From Macrostomum hystrix (taxonomy: Eukaryota > Animalia > Platyhelminthes), in assembly GCA_950097015.1 (NCBI GenBank), contig CATNEN010000003.1, positions 15,686,001-15,750,000 on the forward strand: a stretch of 64,000 nt of DNA. Reading direction: 5' to 3'. The position numbers were made by a program, and so were the translations under genes. The notes below the pieces were generated by a model. That model was not told the origin of the DNA, made no database searches, and worked only from the letters and a program-made list of their open reading frames with translations. Of this stretch, positions 35,349 to 47,058 are shown in pieces; the first letter of the stretch is position 1, and every line of letters starts with the position of its first letter.

Positions 35349-38300
35349 GTCACGCACCCGAATACGCTGCCCTCAGACATCACCAACCCGAAGGCGGGTC
35401 CAAAGGACCAGTCGATGAAGAGCTTCCAGTTCGACTACAGCTACTGGTCAATGAATCCTAGCGACGCGCATTTTGCGACCCAGCGCCGGGTGTACGATGA
35501 CCTTGGCTCGGACGCACTAGAGCACGCACTCGAAGGCTACAATGTGTGCATATTTGCCTACGGCCAGACTGGCGCTGGTAAGAGCTACACAATGATGGGC
35601 CGGCCCTCAGAGCCGGATCAAGCGGGGATAATTCCTCAGCTGTGCAGAAATCTATTTCTAAGATTAGACAGCAGAGCTGTCGCAGAGGTTTCCCCTGCCA
35701 CTGGATCGGCTGCTTGCAATCACATTGTGGAAGTCTCTTATATGGAGATCTACTGCGAGAGGGTTCGCGACTTGCTAAATCCCAAAGATAAGCCCGGTCT
35801 AAGAGTGCGCGAGCATCCGCTTTTGGGTCCATACGTGGAGGATTTGTCCAAATGCGCCGTAACTAGCTTTAACGATATCAACGACTTGATTGATGCCGGC
35901 AATAAATCCAGGTAAGCTTTCGTTTCCATGGCAGCCATTGGTTAGATTTTTTATCTGACACAACTATTCTCTTGTCTGTTTGTATTGTAATACAAGAGCG
36001 ACTCTCTTGTCTAACGAGTAGGATTCTAACAGGGGTTCCCTTGCCTAACAGGCAGGATGCCGTTCTCTAACAGGTAGGATTCTCTAATCTAACAGGTAGG
36101 ATTCTCTAATCTAACAGGTAGGATTCTCTAGTCTAACAGGTAGGGTTCCCTCGTCTAACAGGTAGGAACAAGTAGGGTTCCCTCGTCTAACAGGTAGGAA
36201 CAGGTAGGGTTCTCTTATCTAAAAGGTAGGATTCTCTAATCTAACAGGTAGGGTTCCCTCGTCTAACAGGTAGGAACAAGTAGGGTTCCCTCGTCTAACA
36301 GGTAGGAACAGGTAGGGTTCTCTTATCTAAAAGGTAGGATTCTCTAATCTAACAGGTAGGGTTCCCTTGTCTATCTGAATAGATTCCATTGTCTAACTGG
36401 TAGGATTCTCTTGTCTAATTCTAACAGGAAGGATTCAATAATCTGAGTGGTAAGATTCTCTTCAGTAATCTCTTCTATTGTCTGACAGGAAGGGTTCCCT
36501 TGTCAAACAGGTTTTCCCGTTGTCTAACAATGGGTTCCCTTGTCTAACAGGGGTTCCCTTGTGTAACACGTAGGATTCTCTTGTCTAACAGGTAGGATTC
36601 TCTTGTCTAACAGGTAGGATTCTCTTATCTAACAGGTGTCTGATGGTTTAACACCTAGAACTTGAGATTTTAGAATGTTACGAGTAGCATCAGAACTTCG
36701 TCCAAAAAGAAAATATTTTGTAGCTTGAATTTCCTCTTTCATTTTTAGCCTTCTGTGTAGGGATTTTACCATAGCCTCAAGCACCATGCATAAATTAACT
36801 CAACGAGTGCGCCTGGAAACTCAATTATTTCTCATTTCCGATTTCCAATCAGAACCGTCGCTGCCACCAACATGAACGAGACTAGCAGTCGCTCTCATGC
36901 CGTCTTCAATATCGTTCTGACACAGAAGAAGCACGATTCTGCCACGGATCTGACTGGGGCCCGGGTGAGTAGCAATCACAAAAATGGTTGTAATCTGCTT
37001 GACAGTTTCAAATAGAGATCAACCAGCTCTCGATCACACAAGGCTCCAAACTAGTACTAATAGTAGTAGGATATAGCATAGAATCTGCCACGAGAGGGTC
37101 TTGAAACTCATTGCACTGCGGTCACGGAAAAGACTGATGCTAGAGCTCAGATTCTCGGCCCTATCAGGAGGGGGCAAAGATGAATGGAGCAACGGTCACG
37201 TGAGTTTCTAATAATAGAAACTGACGTCAGATAAACAATTGATAGACCAATGACAAAAGGGTCCGATGCTAAAAATAGCAATGATGTCACATATACGTAG
37301 GAGAATCAGGCAGACTTGAATCTAAAAATAGAATATGAGTCACAAGTACAAGTAAACAGGCACAAGTCCCATTAGGATCACGCGAGGCAAGCACTCGAAA
37401 CAGGCTAACAAAGAGATAAAATAATCACGTGCTCTGGCATATACAATACAAAGGTGCAGCCGGCGCGGATTTAAGTATGGCAACAGAGAACAGAGTTCAG
37501 TTGGCTTCAAATAAAACGCAAATCTTGTATTCTGTATTGATTTTCTTTGTCGCGTGATTCGCATTTTCACTTGTATTCTAGGTGCGGGTGCTCGAGAACG
37601 TGTTAGTTTCGATTTTTTAGTTCTGTAACAGACACTGGAGCTCTAAAAATCACTTTCCGATTCACATCTGGTCTCTTTCTCTCGAACTTTCCCAGCAGCT
37701 TTTAACTGCGTCTCATTCCTTGTTTTCCTTACCGATAGGAGCGTCCGTGTGCTTTCCTCTTCGCTTAAATCATTTTATTGCTTTTCATTGAAAGTCTTTC
37801 CCATTCGCGACTCATATCCTATCCTCTGTCCACTCAATTTCATTCTCTCTCCCCTCCTGATCTCTCCAACCCTCTCTACGGTCTCTCCTACCCTCTCTTC
37901 CCGCTCTCCTACCCTCTCTTCCCTCTCTCCTACCCTCTCTTCCCTCTCTCCTACCCTCCATTCCCTCTCTCCTACCCTCCTTTCCCTCTCTCCTACCCTC
38001 CATTCCCTCTCTCCTACCCTCCATTCCCTCTCTCCTACCCTCTCTTCCCTCTCTCCTACCCTCTCTTCCCTCTCTCCTACCCTCTCTTCCCTCTCTCCTA
38101 CTCTCTCTTCCCTCTCCCCTACCCTCCTTTCCCTCTCTCCTACCCTCCATTCCCTCTCTCCTACCCTCCATTCCCTCTCTCCTACCCTCTCTTCCCTCTC
38201 TCCTACTCTCTCTTCCCTCTCCCCTACCCTCTCTTCCCTCTCTCCTACCCTCTCTTCCCTCTCTCCTACTCTCTCTTCCCTCTCTCCTACTCTCTCTTCC

Positions 38301-41300
38301 CTGTCTCCTACCCTCCATTCCCTCTCGCTAATCACTTTCTCCATATTTTCCTACCCTCTCACTCCCCCTTTCTACTACCCTCTCTCCTCCTCTCTTACCC
38401 TTCGCTTTTCCTAAAAAAGTTCCAGTGTGAACGAAGCGTCAACGAAAAATATTTTAGAGATAAGCTTTCACAATCACCCCAAAAAGTGAACTCCTTCATC
38501 TAGATTGCATAGAAAATTTCACCCCAGCAATATAGTGCAGCAATTCTTATTGACATTTGAGATAAGGGTTAGCAATAAGGGTTATGAGTGATGCAGAATT
38601 CTAACGGGGTAACCCTAAACCTAACTGCAGTCGACATTTCAGCTGGGTTTGTTAAACGAGTTGCGAAGTCAGAGATTGAGTTGAATGATTGATGAGACTA
38701 CGAGTACACATAGCTATACTAACCGCTAGCTTATTATATGCATATATTATAGTGCTAGTGGAAAAAGTACTTGTTCGAACTTCAAACCCATAGCAATGTC
38801 CTACCTAGTTCTACAGAAATCTCTAAACTCATCGCTTTTGATTGCATATTTTTTTCTAGGCGAAATTTGGTTGAATAAATTACTGTCTTTGAGTCCTCAA
38901 GATCGTTTCTTTCATGAAATAAACTCGCTTATTAGATAATTGTCGCAATGAGCGAAGACTACTTCTAGTAGGCCCATACACATTTCATAAGTAACATAAA
39001 ATTAAAAAACATGCGACAGGTTAGCAAGATCAGCCTGGTGGACCTGGCCGGAAGCGAGCGAGCCGACTCAACCGGGGCGCAGGGCAAGCGACTCAAAGAA
39101 GGTGCTAACATTAACAAGAGCTTAACCACACTAGGGAAAGTCATCAGTGGTCTAGCCGATATGGTAAGAGTTAAGCAACATGCGTTTGTTGAGTTGCATC
39201 ACAAATGTCCATAAAAACAAAAAGCCGGCAAAATCGCAAAGAGTACTTTGCTAGAGTTCCTTTTTTCTTTACGCAGCCGATATGTATCGAAATGTGCAAT
39301 TCGAGAGAGTGAAATTTGATTCAATCAGATACTAAGAAACAAAGTAACACTGAAGAGAACTTTGATTTTTTCGCAAAGCGGCTCAAAACAACAGATGAAG
39401 TGTTCTGTTTAAGCTCATTTAATTCGAACTTTACGAAACGTTTACAGTTTATTTCGTTTGAAACCAAATGTTTAAACAATGTTTTTATTACTATTTTTAC
39501 ACTGACTATATTGACAAGGAATAAAGTATAAGTATCAAGGGGAGATAAATAAAATTATAAATATCATTTGAAAATCAATTGTAATGCGTCAAAAAAAGGT
39601 TTTACAAATTTCGACTCCAGCCATCAGTCAATAATGAATGGATTGCCACGAATTACCTAACAAAACGCGATTAAAAAGTAAAATCACATGGAAAATTAGG
39701 AATTAAAAAGTGCATGGCTTTTCATATGGACAGAAAGCGCCAGTCTTCTTAGTCGAAGTTCTTTTTAAGATTTTTAATATTTTAATCAATCAGCAATATT
39801 CAGTAACAGTTTTAAACAAATGATAATGCATCAATCAATTGGCTAATATATGTCGGCGTATGATTTATCGATCATTCTGATTGGCAGAAATTGGGACAAA
39901 TTTGGACGAAAGCTATATAACTCTACTAACAGTAGCATTATAGGAAAAATGATGTACTGATTGTGATAGGCGCCTAGATTTTTTGTCGGTATCAAATGAG
40001 CATTCACGGAATCGATTAGCAGAAATTATCGAACTGTTTGTTTTTTTGCTCTGCGTTGGACGCAGCGATTTAAAAATGCAGAAAACGATGGTAGCTTACA
40101 CAACATCGTGCTGGCTTTTTATTGGTGAATAAAAAGGTATACAAGTTAACCTAGATCAACATTTATCACTGCAGGACACATCTACTCTCGTAGAAAATAA
40201 TAAACACTGTTTTTGGACAAGCACTATAGTAGCCAGGCAATGTGGTAGATGATTGAAGCTTAACGAACCTGTCTATAATGGAACCCGGGAACCCAGGTCC
40301 GGTTTCGTGACTAGGAGTTTGTAAATCTCCTTTGTAAGGCTGACACTTACAGCACATTGCACTCGGCATAGTTCGATCGCTTGGCAACGCTGCGACTGAC
40401 TTTGCTGCCAACTGTCTGCATCACCTCCGAGTACTCCTGGCTGCCGCTAACCGGTCGACAAGTGTAGAAGTCGATCACGACGGGCTTGTTAAGATCGCGA
40501 TAGGTTGCACGTGCTGCTGCTGCTGCTGCTGTTGTCGCTTCTGTGGTCGGATTCGCTGGTGAAGTTGACGCCTTGAAACGCCTGCTGTTTCTCAGACGTC
40601 CATTTGCTAGCAGGACACCGTCGTGCCAAACAGCGCTATCGCTGTCGGAAGCAACTGACTGGCCGTGAAGTAAAGCCTTTGGCCTGGAGTTAAATATCGG
40701 TAGCGTTTTCTAGTTTTGACAGATAATAAGCGACAGCTTTAGTAGCTACAGTAAGTGACAGGTAACTGGGCAGGTGACTCACCGAATCCTCTGAAAGACT
40801 TCTCGTGCCAGCTCCTGATCGCGCGGTGGACTGTGCGACACCAGCACGTCGATGGCCTCCAGATCGTCCTCCTTGCCTGCCGTCAGAGTGTCAGCTGACA
40901 TCGGCGACGACAGTCCGTAGAAGTTGACGCCCTCCAGCGTGACGGAAGAGTCGCGCAGGTAGTGGCAGGCGGAACCCAACAGTCGTTGAAGCTCCTTCTG
41001 GGCCAGACTGTCACAAGCGGGCACTAGGATCTTGTGCCGATGCGGTAATGCCGACAGCAGATCCCGCAGTTTGCACAGCTCCCGGTGTCTCAGCAGTGGA
41101 GCTAGTAGACTGCCCAGACGGTTGCCAAGACTGCGACCTTCGTCTCCGCTGCTCAGCCCGCCGAGGAAGCTGAAGTCGCCACCGGAGTGCACAAGCACGT
41201 CTCCGTCCGGTATCCTGCCTGCCAACTCGGCCGTGCGGCATCGAAGTTTGCCGCTGAACGCGTCGCCGATGTGCACAATGCGCACGCATCGAGCCCCGGG

Positions 41301-44300
41301 TGCGTCTACGTCGCCGAGTTGAACGTAGACAGCGTCTGGGCGCTGACGGACTCGGCTGCCGATGGCGCAACAGCCGGCAACATCTGTGGACGATGATGAC
41401 ACAATCCCGGAAGCCGGCACCGCAACGCCCAACTCTGGACTGTTGTAGACCACGTTTTCATCGTCTAGCAGCGGCGAAGAGTGCTTCTTTCGAGCAACGC
41501 TGACAGCTGTCAGTTTTTGGCTAGGAGACGATTGCAACGACTGATGCGGTGTCCCATTGGCGGTGGTTGGCGCGGCAACGCACATACTCACGCAGACTGG
41601 CATCGTTGAATGTCGAACTCGGATCTGTAGGCTTAGGATTATGGCGGAGGCTGTTGGAATGGGCGCCTACTCGATGATCAAATATAACTATGGATCGCTG
41701 CCCGGTTTTTAGTTGTGACGCCCAGTTTTTTAGGATCGGGAAAATAGAGAGAGGGAGAGACAGTCAGTTTGGCTTGCGCTCGTGAGCTACCCTTCCGCCT
41801 CTCCTCCCTTCCTATCCAATGAGCGGAGTCTCACGTGTGTATTTTGGTCGGCGGTGGCACGGGGGTGGCTGTCCTCCTGCTGGGCGCGCGGCGGAGGAGG
41901 CTGGGGTGGGTGCGCGGCCCGGTTGTGTTTCTAATTTTAGTAACACAAAACGAGACGACGGCTTTTAATGAAGTATATACTATAGAAAGAAAGCAAATTG
42001 TAATAAAGTATTGTTAATATTAGAACACGCCCCTCGCGATTTGAGTTGGGTTAGGTTGAGGGGGGTCGACTGAGGTAACACCCTGTCCAGGTGAGATACA
42101 GAATAAAGGTGTGCGTTTTGAACGGAGCTCCGAAAGAGTTAAAGAGGGTGCGTCACGACACAACCGACTTTGAGGTTACGATCGGGACAGCTAAGAAATG
42201 GCAAACAAAATCGTTGCTAAAAATACTCTTTGCCATCTGTAAGCTTGGCATCTATTAATTAAGCAGCTATACAGAGAATATTCTCAACTGTGTCTGTCTA
42301 AGGGAAAATTCCCGCAAATACAAAAATCTTATCGCCACTCTAGACTTGGTGACTCATAAAGATTCCTTAAACTGTTCATTACACAGTTCACAGTTATTTT
42401 GTCTTTGTCGAAAGTCTATGACTAAAAGTATATCCCTGTAAGACGTGATAAATTGTGACACTTCAAAGAAAGTATTATATATTTTATAATTAATGCAGCA
42501 ACTTAGAAATGATTATTACAACAAATAATCGCCTATCTTCACGAATGAAAGTCATAAACCATATGTCTACTACCAGTAGTAAATAAGTGCGCTTTGAATC
42601 TCTCCCAAAACCCGCAGAGTTCAGAGGTGAGTCACCGCAGCGGCGTCACTACCGATATGGGACTCGCGGACTGTGTAAAATGATGGGAGTAAAGCTGAAC
42701 TGCAATGTAGCTGCGGTTTGGTAATAAGCGAGTAACTTCTCTGACAAATGTTAAAGTACAGGATAATCACTTACTTTGTAAGAAAGCTGTCGAAGCTATG
42801 CTGTAACAGAAAACATTTTCAATACCCACTGTCTCATCTCTACCCTGTCTCATCTCTACCCTGTCTCATCTCTACCCTGTCTCATCTCTACCCTGTCTCA
42901 TCTCTACCCTGTCTCATCTCTACCCTGTCTCATCTCTACCCTGTCTCATCTCTTACCCTGTCTCATCTCTACCCTATCTCATCTCTACCCTGTCTCATCT
43001 CTACCCTGTCTCATCTCTACCCTGTCTCATCTCTACCCTGTCTCATCTCTACCCTGTCTCATCTCTACCCTATCTCATCACTACCCAGTCTCATCTCTAC
43101 CCTGTCTCATCTCTACCCTGTCTCATCACTTACCCAGTCTCATCTCTACCCTATCTCATCGCTACCCAGTCTCATCTCTTACCCTGTCTCATCTCTACCC
43201 TATCTCATCTCTACCCTGTCTCATCTCTACCCTGTCTCATCTCTACCCTGTCTCATCACTTACCCAGTCTCATCTCTACCCTATCTCATCGCTGCCCAGT
43301 CTCATCTCTACCCTATCTCATCTCTACCCTGTCTCATCTCTACCCTGTCTCATCTCTACCCTGTCTCATCTCTACCCTATCTCATCGCTACCCAGTCTCA
43401 TCTCTACCCTATCTCATCTCTACCCTGTCTCATCTCTACCCTGTCTCATCTCTACCCTGTCTCATCTCTACCCTGTCTCATCTCTACCCTGTCTCATCTC
43501 TACCCTGTCTCATCTCTACCCTATCTCATCACTACCCAGTCTCATCTCTACCCTGTCTCATCTCTACCCTGTCTCATCACTTACCCAGTCTCATCTCTAC
43601 CCTATCTCATCGCTACCCTGTCTCATCTCTTACCCTGTCTCATCTCTTACCCTGTCTCATCTCTACCCTATCTCATCTCTACCCAGTCTCATCTCTACCC
43701 TGTCTCATCTCTACCCTGTCTCATCTCTACCCTATCTCATCACTACCCAGTCTCATCTCTACCCTGTCTCATCTCTACCCTGTCTCATCACTTACCCAGT
43801 CTCATCTCTACCCTATCTCATCGCTACCCAGTCTCATCTCTTACCCTGTCTCATCTCTACCCTATCTCATCTCTACCCTGTCTCATCTCTACCCTGTCTC
43901 ATCTCTACCCTGTCTCATCACTTACCCAGTCTCATCTCTACCCTATCTCATCGCTGCCCAGTCTCATCTCTACCCTATCTCATCTCTACCCTGTCTCATC
44001 TCTACCCTGTCTCATCTCTACCCTGTCTCATCTCTACCCTATCTCATCGCTACCCAGTCTCATCTCTACCCTATCTCATCTCTACCCTGTCTCATCTCTA
44101 CCCTGTCTCATCTCTACCCTGTCTCATCTCTACCCTGTCTCATCTCTACCCTGTCTCATCTCTACCCTATCTCATCACTACCCAGTCTCATCTCTACCCT
44201 GTCTCATCTCTACCCTGTCTCATCACTTACCCAGTCTCATCTCTACCCTATCTCATCGCTACCCTGTCTCATCTCTTACCCGGTCTCATCTCTTACCCTG

Positions 44301-47026
44301 TCTCATCTCTACCCTATCTCATCACTACCCAGTCTCATCTCTAACCTGTCTCATCTCTACCCTGTCTCATCACTTACCCAGTCTCATCTCTACCCTATCT
44401 CATCGCTACCCAGTCTCATCTCTTACCCTGTCTCATCTCTACCCTATCTCATCTCTACCCTGTCTCATCTCTACCCTGTCTCATCTCTACCCTGTCTCAT
44501 CACTTACCCAGTCTCATCTCTACCCTATCTCATCGCTGCCCAGTCTCATCTCTACCCTATCTCATCTCTACCCTGTCTCATCTCTACCCTGTCTCATCTC
44601 TACCCTGTCTCATCTCTACCCTATCTCATCGCTACCCAGTCTCATCTCTACCCTATCTCATCTCTACCCTGTCTCATCTCTACCCTGTCTCATCTCTACC
44701 CTGTCTCATCTCTACCCTGTCTCATCTCTACCCTGTCTCATCTCTACCCTATCTCATCACTACCCAGTCTCATCTCTACCCTGTCTCATCTCTACCCTGT
44801 CTCATCACTTACCCAGTCTCATCTCTACCCTATCTCATCGCTACCCTGTCTCATCTCTTACCCGGTCTCATCTCTTACCCTGTCTCATCTCTACCCTATC
44901 TCATCTCTACCCAGTCTCATCTCTACCCTGTCTCATCGCTACCCTGTCTCATCTCTACCCTATCTCATCGCTACCCAGTCTCATCTCTACCCTGTCTCAT
45001 CTCTACCGTCTTATCTCTACCCTGTCTCCACCATCTCCATTCACTGAATCGACAAAATCTTTCAGACCGATCGTCGGAAAAGTAAAAAGATCGCGCAGTT
45101 CATTCCCTATCGAGATTCCGTCCTAACCTGGCTTCTGCGCGAGAATCTAGGTAAGCTCATTAACCAGCCGTTCGCTATATTGTCTTATTTGTTCCATTTG
45201 TAAAGATGGTTGAGCATAATGTGTGTGTTAATGAATGAAGTATTCATTAAAACGTGCCTGGAATGGGTGGGTCAAGAACTGGGTGGGGAACAGCTATGTG
45301 GCTTTCCTCTCAACATCACACTACTGCGAACAGTTCATGCACCTTTTGTGCCATCTAACAGAGGCAGTGTCGGCAGTGCATAGTGGAATTTAGCTAAATT
45401 AGCTAAATTAATAAATGCTTTATAGACTACTAATAAGTAATGCAGCTAAAATTGTAAATATCACTGACCAACTCTAAAACTGACGAAATTGTTTCTGGAG
45501 TTACTAGGAAATACTCGTCGCCAAATATTTCAAAGAAATAAGTTCGTACAATGAAATACTCCGGTAAATCTCGAGTGAATCCAAGGGAAATCTCGGGTAA
45601 ATCCAATGGAAATCTCGGGTGAGTGAATCCAAGGTAAATCTCGGGTGAATCCAAGGGAAATCTCGAGTGAATCCAAGGGAAACCTCGGGTGAATGAATCC
45701 AAGGTAAATCTCGGGTGAATGAATCCAAGGTAAATCTCGGGTGAATCCAAGGGAAATCTCGGGTGAATGAATCCAAGGTAAATCACGGGTGAATGAATCC
45801 AAGGTAAATCTCGGGTGAATCCAAGGGAAATCTCGGGTGAATCCAAGGGAAATCTAGGGTGAATCCAAGGGAAATCTCGAGTGAATCCAAGGGAAATCTC
45901 GGGTGAATCCAAGGTAAATCTCGGGTGAATGAATCCAAGGTAAATCTAGGGTGAATCCAAGGGAAATCTCGGGTGAATCCAAGGTAAATCTCGGGTGAAT
46001 CCAGGTAAATCTCGGGTGAATGAATCCAAGGGAAATCTAGGGTGAATGAATCCAAGGTAAATCTCGGGTGAATCCAAGGTAAATCTCGGGTGAATCCAAG
46101 GGAAATCTCTGGTGAATCCAAGGGAAATCTAGGGTGAATCCAAGGTAAATCTCGGGTGAATCCAAGGGAAATCTCGGGTGAATCCAAGGGAAATCTAGGG
46201 TGAATCCAAGGTAAATCTCGGGTGAATCCAAGGGAAATCTCGGGTGAATCCAAGGTAAATCTCGGGTGAATGAATCCAAGGTAAATCTAGGGTGAATCCA
46301 AGGGAAATCTCGGGTGATACCAAGGGAAATCTCGGGTGAATCCAAGGGAAATCTCGGGTGAATCCAAGGTAAATCTCGGGTGAATGAATCCAAGGTAAAT
46401 CTAGGGTGAATCCAAGGGAAATCTCGGGTGATACCAAGGGAAATCTCGGGTGAATCCAAGGGAAATCTAGGGTGAATCCAAGGTAAATCTAGGGTGAATC
46501 CAAGGGAAATCTAGGATGAATCCAAGGTAAATCTCGAGTGAATCCAAGGGAAATCTAGGGTGAATCCAAGGTAAATCTCGGGTGAATCCAGGGTAAATTC
46601 AAGGGAAATCTCAGGTGAATCCTAGGAAAATCCAAATGATATATTGGTATTGTAGAGTAGTCTCTGAAGAATTAAATGAGAAATCAATTATGAATTGTAT
46701 TAGGTAATCTCAAAATTGAAGGAAACCAAAGATTTTATTGATTAATTCATGTAAAATCAAGCTGCTTCCCCAAAAAATCACATTCAGGTGGAAATTCGAA
46801 GACGGCCATGATAGCCGCGTTGAGTCCGGCCGACATAAACTATGAGGAAACTCTGAGCACCCTGCGTTATGCCGACCGAGCCAAGCAGATCGTCTGCAAG
46901 GCTGTCATCAACGAAGACCCCAACGCCAGGCTGATCAGGGAGCTCAAGGAGGAGGTGCAAAAGCTTCGGGACATTATCAAACTGGAGGGCATCGAGCTGA
47001 CGGAGGATTTTGCAAAACCAACGCCT

Positions 47027-47058
<32 letters not shown>

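Noticed and set aside
42748-45126. 792-aa ORF
   Set aside because: Product of the 16-bp array; the real exon at 45066-45150 is in another frame.
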